NCBI RefSeq assembly: GCF_000341395.1
Contig: NC_020304.1
Coordinates: 840,001-872,000 of the forward strand
Length of the DNA stretch: 32,000 bases
From: Desulfocapsa sulfexigens DSM 10523
GTDB taxonomy: Bacteria; Desulfobacterota; Desulfobulbia; Desulfobulbales; Desulfocapsaceae
Direction of reading: 5' to 3'
Shown here one piece after another: positions 9,826-19,178 of this stretch. Below the pieces are notes generated by a model. That model searched no databases. It was not told where the DNA came from and worked only from the letters and a program-made list of their open reading frames with translations. The translations under genes were made by a program, and so were the position numbers. Numbering within the stretch: the stretch's first letter is position 1; the number at the start of each line of letters is the position of its first letter.

Positions 9826-11843
9826 AATTTCCAGGTCAGCTTTGCGTAGACACTCTGGCCGATTTCAGTGGCCGGAATAAAATAATCGTGTACAAACTCC
9901 AGGTGATCTGATTCCAGGAGGTTTTGCCCAACCAACATCAATTCGAGCTGTTCAACAGGTGTCCAGATAAAATTGAGATCCAGGGCAACATAGTCATCCA
10001 CTACAATTCCGGTAGAGTAGGTGGCCAGTCCAGCGGCAGCCAGCTGATCGACATAGCGTGCCCAGAAGTTGAAACGAAGTGTTTCACTCAACTCCATGGA
10101 CGAATGTAATGATATCTGATGCTCCGGACTTGATCCTTCCGCAACAAGTTCACTGATGGATCCCCCATAGTTCATTGCAACGCTTGAGGTCATCTGCAGA
10201 TTAATGTAGCTGTAAGAGAGTTCGGTAGCCAGCCAGGAAAGAGGCTTCCATCGACTGCTGATCTCCAGGCCATAACTCTGTCCTTCTAAACCATTCACAA
10301 AGAGAACAGACACCGGATTCTCCGGCAGATAATCAGTCAGGTTTTTATAGTCATTATAAAACAGCGCCATATCCACAGAAAAATCACTGCATGGCGAGTA
10401 GCGGTAGCCCCCTTCATAGGCAATAACTTCCTCTGCCTCCAGCTCTGGATTACCATAAACTGAAACCATGGAAAACGGTGGAGTGGGGAGAGGCCCAGAG
10501 ACAATACGCCCGCCATCTTCTACCCTTGAAGGGGTTCGAACCGCACGGGAAACTGCAGTCCAGATGTTATTCCCCGGATTCACTTTCCAGAGAAGACGGA
10601 TACTGGGCTGGATTTCAACTCCTGTGTAAACGTTGTGCTCCACTTTTGTGCCAAGAGTGAGCTTGATCCCGTCTTCGAACAGGCCGATCTCATCCTGGAT
10701 AAAGCCGCTGAAGAGTTCACTGGTCTGTTCAGCTGGTTCAATACCAACTGTATAGGAATTACTAAACTCGTCAGAAATATTCCGATAGCCTAAACCCCAG
10801 ACGATATCGTTCTTTGTCCACTTGAAATGATGCTGAAAATCGAAATCCACGGTGTGGTGTTTCTGGCCAAGGTAGGTTTCATCCCGCTCGGTTACATCAA
10901 AATATGCCTGAAAGGTCCAGCTGTTTGTCTCAGACAGCTTGTGCTGCCAGCGACCGAGCAGATTATAACCGTCACTTTTAATCTGGTCATCAACGGTTAA
11001 CGGCAGGGGTGTTCCCTCGGCCCATATTGGGAATACGAGTTGGCTGTCATCTCCCTGATACAGGTCTCCCTGCAGAGTCCAGTTATTTTGCAACCCGATA
11101 TCTCCATCCAGGCGAACCCCAGCACTGGAAAGCTGTGAATCATCGTGGGCATCCGTTTCATCAGCCAGTAACTGATAGGAGTCCCGATCATGCCGGTGAA
11201 GGTAAAATCGGCCATAGGTGTCATTGTTTACCTGTGTTCCGTAACGTAAAGATACAATACCGGTTTCATGGTTTCCGGCAGCGACACTGACCAGCCCCCC
11301 CTGGGTGTCGGAAGATTGTTTTGTGATGATATTAATGATGCCGTTCACAGCATTGGCGCCCCAGAGAGTTGCCCCGGGGCCTCGGATAACTTCAATCCGC
11401 TCCACATCCTCCAGCACCACATTCTGCACATCCCAGTACACTCCGGAGTAGGATGGCGTATAGACGCTGCGACCATCGATCTGTACCAGCAGTTTATTGG
11501 AGAACACCCCATTGAAACCACGGGAAGTGATAGCCCATTTAGTAGCAGTCATCCTCGAAACCTGCAGGCCGGGTGCCATGCGAAGTGCCTCGGGTATGGA
11601 AGTGGCACCCGAGTTGTGGATAGCTGCCTGGTCGATCACATAAACTGCAGCCGCTACATCACCAAGATTCTGAGCCTTACGGCCGGCCGAGGTGATCTGG
11701 ATCTCCATCAGCTCGGAGAGATCCAGATCGAGCATCTCTTCCTCCGCAGCCCAGAGTGCAGCAGGAGTGCTTATCAGCAAAATGCAGGACAGCATCATAC
11801 CTGTTTTTAACTTTCGAATTATATGAGACATCTGGTTTTCCAT
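9822..11843 (-). CDS. TonB-dependent outer-membrane receptor (plug plus beta-barrel)
   Basis: 673 aa. Signal peptide. Plug motifs IPEALRMAPGLQV, IDGRSVY and IEVIRGPGATLWGANAVNGIINIITK. C-terminal aromatic residue (KLTWKF). The start could instead be M5 at 11831. Confidence 0.92.
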   Translation of the reverse strand: MENQMSHIIRKLKTGMMLSCILLISTPAALWAAEEEMLDLDLSELMEIQITSAGRKAQNLGDVAAAVYVIDQAAIHNSGATSIPEALRMAPGLQVSRMTATKWAITSRGFNGVFSNKLLVQIDGRSVYTPSYSGVYWDVQNVVLEDVERIEVIRGPGATLWGANAVNGIINIITKQSSDTQGGLVSVAAGNHETGIVSLRYGTQVNNDTYGRFYLHRHDRDSYQLLADETDAHDDSQLSSAGVRLDGDIGLQNNWTLQGDLYQGDDSQLVFPIWAEGTPLPLTVDDQIKSDGYNLLGRWQHKLSETNSWTFQAYFDVTERDETYLGQKHHTVDFDFQHHFKWTKNDIVWGLGYRNISDEFSNSYTVGIEPAEQTSELFSGFIQDEIGLFEDGIKLTLGTKVEHNVYTGVEIQPSIRLLWKVNPGNNIWTAVSRAVRTPSRVEDGGRIVSGPLPTPPFSMVSVYGNPELEAEEVIAYEGGYRYSPCSDFSVDMALFYNDYKNLTDYLPENPVSVLFVNGLEGQSYGLEISSRWKPLSWLATELSYSYINLQMTSSVAMNYGGSISELVAEGSSPEHQISLHSSMELSETLRFNFWARYVDQLAAAGLATYSTGIVVDDYVALDLNFIWTPVEQLELMLVGQNLLESDHLEFVHDYFIPATEIGQSVYAKLTWKF

Positions 11844-11949
11844 AACAAATATAATCAGTACAAATCATCTTTTACTATTGTTTCACAAGAGAGTATTAAT
11901 CCCACCTATAAAAATAAAATTGACATTTTTTTCACAGCAACAAGTCCTT

Positions 11950-14241
11950 TCACTCTGGGCTTAAAGCAGAGTTGATCCCCTCTCGGAGTTCTTTCATGTC
12001 AAATGGTTTTGACACCGCTGCACAAAATCCATAATCACGATAATGAGAAAGAACCTGGTCGTTCGAGTAGCCACTGGAAACTATTATTTTTGCTTCAGGA
12101 GCCAGTTGCAGCAGTTTACGGGCAGCTTCCTTTCCCCCCATGCCACCGGGAATAGTAAGATCCATAATTACAAGATCAACAGGTGTCCCCTTCGCCTCCA
12201 TCTCCTGATATAACCGTATTGCCTCATTACCATCAACGGCAAGAATTGCCTCGTGACCAAGGGAGGCAAGTTGCGCCTCAACCAATACACGGATCATCTT
12301 ATCATCATCCATCACCATAATCCTGGATGCCCTTGGCAATGGCATGCTTTTCTCATTTTTGTTAGTGCTGCAAACAGCACCGGGGTCAGCCGGGAGATAA
12401 ATGTTAAAGGTCGTTCCCTGACCGGGACTCGAATGAACCGTTATACTTCCATGATGCTTTAGAATAATCGTATGACTGATAGCCAGCCCTAAACCATTGC
12501 CCTCTTCTTTCGTACTGAAATAGGGGTCGAAGATGTTATTTATAATTTCCTGCGGAATCCCCGATCCGCTATCTTGGAGAGTAATGCGGACAAAGAAATC
12601 ATCACTATGCCTGCTCACCAGAAGCTCGGAAGAACCGGCTTCAATGTTCTCACAGCTGATGTTCATTGTCCCACCCAGCGGCATGGCATGTATGGCGTTA
12701 ATGACCAGATTCTGTATAACCTGGCTGACCTGTCCACTATCCACCTGAACCATCCATAAATCATCCGGAAAAAAATACTCACAGGAAACCTTGGAGCCAT
12801 GGAGAACAAAATCTGCTGATTCCTGAATAAGCTGGGCCAAAGCAGTGCATTCCTTTACCGGTTCACCTCCTTTTGAAAAAGTTAAGAGCTGCTGAGTCAG
12901 TTTTGTCGCCCTTTTGGCAGCCTTTTGAGCGTCTGCAAGAAGAGAAAATGCTGTATCATTCTTTTTAAGGTGTGCTGTAGCGAGCTCAATATTTCCAAGG
13001 ATAACTGAAAGAATATTATTAAAATCATGGGCAATCCCTCCGGCAAGGACCCCAACCGATTCAAGTTTTTTGGCCCTGAAGAGTTCTTCCTCCATCTGCT
13101 GTTTCTCTGTAATATCGCGTGCGAGCATAAGGAAATGAAAGGATGTCTCTGAGACCTGTTTCTTAGAAGTGGAAAGTTCAAACCAGTGCTCTCCTTCTGC
13201 CAGGGGCAGCCTGATTATCTGGCCATGAGATATACCCTGCTCTGCAGCTTTCTCAATAGCCTCCATCACCACCCTGGAGGCATCAGCGGGAAGGATCTCG
13301 CTCACCGTATGCCCCAGAAGGATCTCTTCTTGAGCAGCCAGAAGCGTTGCATCCTGAGCCCAGATTTCGATATATTTCCCTCTTCTGTCGAGCTCGAACA
13401 TAAGATCTGGAATGGCAAGCAAGGTAGCATCGAGATCGGCATTGGCCCTTCGCAGCTGTTCTTCAGTGGATTCCCGACTCTCAATTTCCTTCATCAGTTC
13501 CTGGTTTCTCTCCTGTAATTCAAGAGTGCCACGAACAATCAGTCCTTCTCTCTCATCGATTTCATCGTTCAGCTCGTCAATTAAAAGCGCATTCTCTTCC
13601 TGCAGTCGTATTGACCGCAGAATGTTTTTATTTAGATTGCGGGCAAACAGAATCGTCATGATCAGGTATATGGTCACCGCAAGCGCCAGCCATTGATAAG
13701 AACTGTCCTGGTAACAAAACAGGTTACCAGCCAAAACTGCTCCCTGGGGGAGGATATAGAGGATAACAGCCGGCAGGGAAGCAGCCAGAACAGGAACAGC
13801 CACACTGATAACCCCAAACGCCAGGAAGACCAGTGCAGCAAAAACGAAAGGATCATTCTCGTCATTGAGAAGGAAATATACCAGACTCCAGGCTACTCCA
13901 ACCAGCCCGCACCCAACACAATAGGAAACTAACCAGCCTGAAGAAGAGCGTAATTCCGGTCGTTTTTTTCTAAGATACCACAGTCCGATACGGTATGAAG
14001 CCGTAACAAACAAAGCCAACAACCACACAAGGAGAAGAGGCGAATCCAGACGTGGCTGCAATAAAGAGTAATAAAGAAAAGAGACGAGGAAGATGACTGT
14101 GTTGGACACGGGGGCCTGCATATACAGCAGACGGACTCGTTCATCCTCAACAAAAGATGACTTCGAAAGAGAATTACCAGCAGAAAATGCGGGGTGAGAT
14201 TCTGTCATTTGTGAAGATCTCTGGTCATCAAAGCAAGACAA
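11950..14241 (-). CDS. Hybrid sensor kinase: multi-pass membrane domain, coiled coil, PAS, HisKA, HATPase_c, REC
   Basis: 763 aa. About 6 hydrophobic helices at the N-terminus. H-box AGGIAHDFNNIL. G-boxes DSGSGI and GNGLGLAIS. Receiver motif VIMDLTIPGGMGG. The track start is TTG at 14241, preceded by GGGAG 7 nt upstream. An alternative ATG lies at 14208. Confidence 0.9.
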   Translation of the reverse strand: MSCFDDQRSSQMTESHPAFSAGNSLSKSSFVEDERVRLLYMQAPVSNTVIFLVSFLYYSLLQPRLDSPLLLVWLLALFVTASYRIGLWYLRKKRPELRSSSGWLVSYCVGCGLVGVAWSLVYFLLNDENDPFVFAALVFLAFGVISVAVPVLAASLPAVILYILPQGAVLAGNLFCYQDSSYQWLALAVTIYLIMTILFARNLNKNILRSIRLQEENALLIDELNDEIDEREGLIVRGTLELQERNQELMKEIESRESTEEQLRRANADLDATLLAIPDLMFELDRRGKYIEIWAQDATLLAAQEEILLGHTVSEILPADASRVVMEAIEKAAEQGISHGQIIRLPLAEGEHWFELSTSKKQVSETSFHFLMLARDITEKQQMEEELFRAKKLESVGVLAGGIAHDFNNILSVILGNIELATAHLKKNDTAFSLLADAQKAAKRATKLTQQLLTFSKGGEPVKECTALAQLIQESADFVLHGSKVSCEYFFPDDLWMVQVDSGQVSQVIQNLVINAIHAMPLGGTMNISCENIEAGSSELLVSRHSDDFFVRITLQDSGSGIPQEIINNIFDPYFSTKEEGNGLGLAISHTIILKHHGSITVHSSPGQGTTFNIYLPADPGAVCSTNKNEKSMPLPRASRIMVMDDDKMIRVLVEAQLASLGHEAILAVDGNEAIRLYQEMEAKGTPVDLVIMDLTIPGGMGGKEAARKLLQLAPEAKIIVSSGYSNDQVLSHYRDYGFCAAVSKPFDMKELREGINSALSPE

Positions 14242-14456
14242 AGCCTGCTCCCGTGAGTACTTCGCTGAAGTAGTTTTCTAACTGCAGACTGGCAGCAAAC
14301 ACTTCGTTCTAAGCTCAGCTTCTAACATTTGTTCAAATAATTTTCGATACGAGCTTTATTTACTCAGAATCTCATAAAAGCTATCCATTGGTCAAGCACA
14401 ATCACAGAAAAAAACCAGCACAGAAACCATAATCACATGATATTATAAACAAAAAA

Positions 14457-14927
14457 TCAAAAAGAACCATGAAAGGCAATGACTGAATTTTTGTCACGGC
14501 TCATTATCTGTTGAGCAACTTTTGCCGGAACGACTTCATAGCCATCTCCGGATTTAACGATTGCCAGCTGTCCACGACTCAGCTGTTCCGTCATTTCTTC
14601 CGAAACGAATATCCGTTCTATTTTACTCTGCACTACAAAGTGGTACGGGTCACCACTGTCATCGCGATCCAGCTTGTTTTGCTCTATAAGTTGTTTCACC
14701 TGTGCCTTTTGCTCGCGCTGCAGCTTTTCCGCAGCATGTTTTCGATTCAGTTCACGGTTACGTTCTGCCTGAGCTGCCTGCTCCTCCCTGGCCCGGCTAC
14801 TGATCTGAACCGAAGAATCTTCCTTTTTCTGCTTGCGATTAAGATGTTTTTCACGTTTCACCTTGTTGGCCTGCTTCTTGTTGACCAGCCCGGCCTTCAG
14901 AAGCTGATCCTGAAATGGATTTCCCAT
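14457..14927 (-). CDS. DUF2058 family protein (YaiL-like, Lys-rich N-terminal half)
   Basis: The track ORF extends to 15017. I place the start at the ATG at 14927-14925 (MGNPFQDQLLKAGLVNKKQANK), which has AAGGA upstream. That N-terminus matches how I recall DUF2058 proteins beginning. Confidence 0.8.
   Translation of the reverse strand: MGNPFQDQLLKAGLVNKKQANKVKREKHLNRKQKKEDSSVQISSRAREEQAAQAERNRELNRKHAAEKLQREQKAQVKQLIEQNKLDRDDSGDPYHFVVQSKIERIFVSEEMTEQLSRGQLAIVKSGDGYEVVPAKVAQQIMSRDKNSVIAFHGSF
14469..14676 (-). repeat. Partner of the dispersed direct repeat at 2507-2715; it forms the 3' end of the intact DUF2058 gene
   Basis: Collinear, same-orientation similarity to 2507-2715. It is strongest in the first 60 nt of 14497-14565 versus 2536-2604 (54 of 60 by hand) and weaker further 5' in the gene. 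Confidence 0.8.
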
Positions 14928-15051
14928 GGTTTTTATTTCCTTTACAAAGTAATCTGTCTGATCTGAAAATGCGGGAGTGCTGTAACTCTCCTGAAAATAC
15001 TTTAACCGACAAAGCATCCTTACAACAGTTTTTCTTTATCCCGAGAATTCC

Positions 15052-16680
15052 ATGATCCATTTGAACAATATCTCCAAACAATACGGAAGCCAGATTATCC
15101 TGAACAAATCCAGTCTTCAGATCCTGCCGGGGGTCCGAACCGGACTCGTTGGACCGAATGGTGCTGGAAAAAGTACTATATTCCGCCTGATAACTGGCGA
15201 AGAAGAGGTCGATAGTGGCGAAATATCCTGCTCAAAGAAAACAGTACTCGGCTATTTTTCCCAGGAAACAGGAGAGATGGCCGGACGCTCGGCACTGGAA
15301 GAAACCATGTCTGCCGTGGCCGAAGTGATGGCACTTGCCGAAGAAATTGCAGAGATGGAAACAGCCATGGCGGTACCCATGGCCGATGACGAGCTGACCG
15401 CACTGCTTGAGCGGTACGGAGATGCTCAAGAAGAATTTGAACACCGGGGCGGTTATGACCTTGAAACCCGTGCTAAATCTGTCCTCACCGGGCTTGGCAT
15501 CGGGCCGGATGATTTTAATCGTCCGGTTGAATCCTTCAGTGGTGGCTGGAAAATGCGCATTGCCCTTGCTAAAATTCTTACCATCAACCCCGATGTCCTC
15601 CTCCTCGATGAACCCACCAATCATCTTGACATCGAATCCATCCTGTGGCTTGAGGGGTGGCTCAAAGATGATTTCAAGGGTGCATTGCTCATGACAAGCC
15701 ATGATCGAACCTTTATGAACTCTATTGTCAGCCGCATCGTAGAAGTTTCCAACAAAACGGCAACAACCTATGGAGGGAACTACGACTTTTATCTCCAGGA
15801 ACGGGAAATTCGGCGTAAAAACCTTCTCGCCAGCTATCGCAGACAACAGGAGATGCTGGCCAAAGAAGAAGATTTTATTGCCCGCTTTGCAGCACGGGTC
15901 TCCCATGCCGCCCAGGTGCAATCACGTATAAAAAAACTGGAGAAGATAGAACGCATCGAATTACCGCCTGAACAGAAAACCATGCGTTTCAGCTTTCCAG
16001 AACCTCCTCGCAGTGGAGACGATGTGGTTGCCATGGAAGAACTCGGCAAATCATGGGATCTGGAAGATGGTGGTAAAAAAGATGTATTCAGCGGAGTGAG
16101 CGGTATGATCCGGCGCCAGGAAAAGATCGCGGTGGTCGGAGTAAACGGTGCCGGAAAATCCACCTTTCTGAAAGTGCTGGCCGGAGAAACACAAGCAACT
16201 GAAGGAAGCATCACTTTAGGTGCTAATGTATCAGTCGGATATTTCAGTCAACACTCAATGGACGTCCTCGATGGAAACAGGACTGTCTTTGAAACTCTGC
16301 AAGAGGTGATGCCCCAGGATCATATCGGAACAATTCGCAATCTCTGCGCCGCCTTTCTCTTTCAGGGGGATGATGCAGACAAACGCATATCACTGCTTTC
16401 GGGTGGTGAAAAGAGTCGTGTTGTACTCGCCACCCTTCTGGCCCGCCCGCTCAACTTCCTGATCCTTGATGAACCCACCAACCATCTGGATATGCAATCC
16501 CGGGAAATACTCCTGGAAGAACTGCAGAAATTCACCGGCACTGTTCTCCTTGTGAGCCATGATCGCCATTTTCTTCACTCACTGGTCGATCATGTCATGG
16601 AAATTGACCATGGTGAAATGCGCCTCTATGGTGGCAGCTACGACTATTACCTTCGAAAATCCGTGGCGTTACAGGAGTAA
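15052..16680 (+). CDS. ABC-F family ATPase (two ABC cassettes, no TM domain)
   Basis: 542 aa. Walker A motifs GPNGAGKST and GVNGAGKST. Signature motifs FSGGWKMR and LSGGEKSR. Walker B motifs LLLDEPTNHLD and LILDEPTNHLD. A charged linker separates the cassettes. Confidence 0.93.
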   Translation: MIHLNNISKQYGSQIILNKSSLQILPGVRTGLVGPNGAGKSTIFRLITGEEEVDSGEISCSKKTVLGYFSQETGEMAGRSALEETMSAVAEVMALAEEIAEMETAMAVPMADDELTALLERYGDAQEEFEHRGGYDLETRAKSVLTGLGIGPDDFNRPVESFSGGWKMRIALAKILTINPDVLLLDEPTNHLDIESILWLEGWLKDDFKGALLMTSHDRTFMNSIVSRIVEVSNKTATTYGGNYDFYLQEREIRRKNLLASYRRQQEMLAKEEDFIARFAARVSHAAQVQSRIKKLEKIERIELPPEQKTMRFSFPEPPRSGDDVVAMEELGKSWDLEDGGKKDVFSGVSGMIRRQEKIAVVGVNGAGKSTFLKVLAGETQATEGSITLGANVSVGYFSQHSMDVLDGNRTVFETLQEVMPQDHIGTIRNLCAAFLFQGDDADKRISLLSGGEKSRVVLATLLARPLNFLILDEPTNHLDMQSREILLEELQKFTGTVLLVSHDRHFLHSLVDHVMEIDHGEMRLYGGSYDYYLRKSVALQE

Positions 16681-16802
16681 CCTTGACAAACGACGGGTAG
16701 GCCACCACTTCACCATCATTTGTAGCTCCTAGCTGTTTAGTGTAACATGAATCATATGACTGTAGGATTTTGTTCAACTATTATTTTTCCAGAGGTATAA
16801 CC

Positions 16803-17987
16803 ATGAAATGTCCAAGCTGTGGAAATAATCAGAAAAACACACTTGAATGTGAACGCTGCGGCATCATTTTTGAGAAATACAGGGCACGGCAGCAGCGTCT
16901 TGCCGAAGTCAAACTGGCCAGCGAGGAGCAGAATGAGAAAAAGAAAAAATCACTTTCCAGCCTGGTAATTGGTCTCATGGTTGGACTGCTGGTCGGTGGC
17001 GGAGCTTTCTTTTACTTTGGAAAAGGGTCCGATACAGCAGTCCCACCTGCTGATTTTACCGAAGCATTTCCACAACAACAGGAAGTCAGCGAAAAAATTC
17101 AGGATACGGTGGTCACAGGACAAGAATCAATGCCACAAGTGCCACAGCAAAACAACAGGCATACATCACTAGAAGGACTGGCCGCACAACTGCACGAAAA
17201 ACATCCTGCCACGACTGCCATAGAAAAAGCACGTAACGCCACGGTCTTTATCAAAACCAGCTGGGGAAGCGGTACCGGTTTTTTTGTCTCAAACAATGGA
17301 CTGATCATTACCAATAAACATGTACTCCAGATGCAGGAAAAAGATATTAATGCGCTCAATGATAATGCAGAGAAGGGGGCAAAACTTCTGGATGGTGAGA
17401 GAAAAAGAATAGAATATCTCAAGAGTCAAGTTTCACGGATAGGCGACGAAGGGATGCGCCAGCAGCTCAAAGAAGATATCAGAGCCCGGGAACAGGAATA
17501 TGCAAAGTACAGTGCACTGCATCAGCAGTTACTGGACCAGATCTCCACTATAGAGACGGCTTCACCAACCAACGACGTTGAAGTTATCCTCATCGATGGC
17601 AGTACCTGGCCGGTGAATTCCGTCACCATCAGTGAGCGCCACGACCTGGCTCTCATATCCATTGACGCCTATTCATCCCCCTATCTCTCCATATCGCGCA
17701 GCCAAAGAGACCAGGGGCAGAAGGTCTATACCGTGGGCAATCCCCACGGCCTGAGACATACCGTGACATCGGGGGTCATCTCCGGCTACAGAAACTATAA
17801 CGGAGAATTTTTCATCCAGACCGATGCTCCGATAAATCCCGGCAACAGTGGCGGCCCCTTAGTGGATGAAGCCGGAAAAGTACTCGGTGTGAACACCATG
17901 ATCATTCGGGATACCGAAGGGATCGGATTTGCAATCCCCATGAAATCGGTTTTTGAAGAATTTGGAAACTATATTTCAGTGAAATAA
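16803..17987 (+). CDS. Membrane-anchored trypsin-like (S1/HtrA-type fold) serine protease with an N-terminal zinc ribbon
   Basis: The track start at 16770 is TTG. I prefer the ATG at 16803 (MKCPSCGNNQKNTLECERCG), which has AGAGG upstream. One TM helix (LVIGLMVGLLVGGGAFFYF). Catalytic-triad candidates are H in TNKHV, D in HDLALI and S in GNSGGPL. Confidence 0.88.
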   Translation: MKCPSCGNNQKNTLECERCGIIFEKYRARQQRLAEVKLASEEQNEKKKKSLSSLVIGLMVGLLVGGGAFFYFGKGSDTAVPPADFTEAFPQQQEVSEKIQDTVVTGQESMPQVPQQNNRHTSLEGLAAQLHEKHPATTAIEKARNATVFIKTSWGSGTGFFVSNNGLIITNKHVLQMQEKDINALNDNAEKGAKLLDGERKRIEYLKSQVSRIGDEGMRQQLKEDIRAREQEYAKYSALHQQLLDQISTIETASPTNDVEVILIDGSTWPVNSVTISERHDLALISIDAYSSPYLSISRSQRDQGQKVYTVGNPHGLRHTVTSGVISGYRNYNGEFFIQTDAPINPGNSGGPLVDEAGKVLGVNTMIIRDTEGIGFAIPMKSVFEEFGNYISVK

Positions 17988-18041
17988 TCGTTTGTGAGAC
18001 ACAGAAGAAATGTGTGAATACAGGAACCAGCAATAGAGACA

Positions 18042-19178
18042 GTGCAAACACAAAAAGACACGCCACTCTTCGGGAAAGAGCAGGCCGCCCATATCAAAGG
18101 GGCAGCCATTATCATGTTGATTCTGCATCACCTCTTTCTTTTTCCCTCCAACAAACCCTGGTTCACCAGCATTATAGGGAATCGCTGGGGTGGTATTGAG
18201 TTTTTCATCTCCTCGGTAAGTAAGCTCTGCATCCCGCTTTTTTTCTTTGTTAGTGGCTATGGTCTCTGGCAGGCTTCCCGCTCCGACCAGCACCTTTGGA
18301 AAAGCACCTTCCGCCGCCTGCGAGCTATTTACACCATCTATATTGTTACGGTGGTAATAACAGTGCTCCTGTACTTCTTTGTAAACGGCTCCTGGGTACT
18401 GCTGTCAAGACGACATGCCGCTGAAACATTTCTTGGCACCAATATAGCCATTAACGGCTCCTGGTGGTTTTTCATTATCTACGTTGAACTCCTTCTTCTC
18501 ACACCTCTGGCTGTCCATTTTGTGAGAAGGTTTTCCTGGCTATATCTGGCATTACTTTCATCCTTTGTCTATCTGTTGTCTCCCGAAAGCGGCTTCAGTT
18601 TTTTTGCGGACCAGATCGCCAGGCTCGACCTCTCTGCCATTATGTACGAACCATTTCCCCTGAACCTCCTCTGGTTCAATCAGTTTTACTTTTTTACAGG
18701 GTTTTGCCTTGCAGCTTCGGGTCTTTTTGAAACCATCCTTCGTGGCTCGATAAAAACAATGGGCCGTTCCCTGTTGCGATACGGCATTGCCCTTGGCCTT
18801 ATTGGAGCAATCTTCTGTTTTCGCTATTATCTGATCGATATCAGCTCGGCTCTTGGAATTCTTTCAAAGGAAGGATTAAATATCTTTCAACGCACTCTTA
18901 TCAGAACCAGGGCCGATTTCATTCTGGGCCCCCTGCTGATTTACGCCATGGTTCTTCTCCTGCATCACCACAGATTACGATCACTCGCATTCCTGGGCAA
19001 TCACTCCGCACCAATCTGGCTGATCCACGGAACAGTGATAGCACTACTATTACAGCCCATGAAAAGTATTCGTCCCTGGTCACCGCTTGTCTTCTTTCTG
19101 GTGTTGTCTCTCTGTGTACTCTATGCTCTTGCCTATTCATCTGTCGCCAGCTGGTTACGAAAGAAATGGCTACATTGA
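18042..19178 (+). CDS. Acyltransferase family 3 integral membrane protein
   Basis: 378 aa, about 10 hydrophobic helices. The N-terminal AAHIKGAAIIMLILHH region is typical of acyltransferase_3 proteins. GTG start, so the start position is uncertain. Confidence 0.75.
   Translation: MQTQKDTPLFGKEQAAHIKGAAIIMLILHHLFLFPSNKPWFTSIIGNRWGGIEFFISSVSKLCIPLFFFVSGYGLWQASRSDQHLWKSTFRRLRAIYTIYIVTVVITVLLYFFVNGSWVLLSRRHAAETFLGTNIAINGSWWFFIIYVELLLLTPLAVHFVRRFSWLYLALLSSFVYLLSPESGFSFFADQIARLDLSAIMYEPFPLNLLWFNQFYFFTGFCLAASGLFETILRGSIKTMGRSLLRYGIALGLIGAIFCFRYYLIDISSALGILSKEGLNIFQRTLIRTRADFILGPLLIYAMVLLLHHHRLRSLAFLGNHSAPIWLIHGTVIALLLQPMKSIRPWSPLVFFLVLSLCVLYALAYSSVASWLRKKWLH

Noticed and set aside
11851-11869. A possible Fur box (minus-strand GATGATTTGTACTGATTAT) in front of the TonB-dependent receptor.
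   Set aside because: It matches only about 7 of 19 positions of the GATAATGATAATCATTATC consensus by hand, which is not better than expected in AT-rich DNA.
14928-15017. N-terminal extensions in the ORF track: 14928-15017 on the DUF2058 gene, 16770-16802 on the protease, 25388-25393 on batD and 29811-29840 on the DUF58 gene.
   Set aside because: The protease, batD and DUF58 extensions start at TTG. All four add non-conserved-looking residues or overlap the upstream gene. Internal ATGs with better context and family-typical N-termini were preferred. The start positions remain somewhat uncertain.
17988-18041. Candidate intrinsic terminators: ACACA-N7-TGTGT at about 18000-18016 after the protease gene, and AGCT-CCT-AGCT after the ABC-F gene.
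   Set aside because: The stems are only 4-5 bp and no U-tract follows, so they are not convincing.
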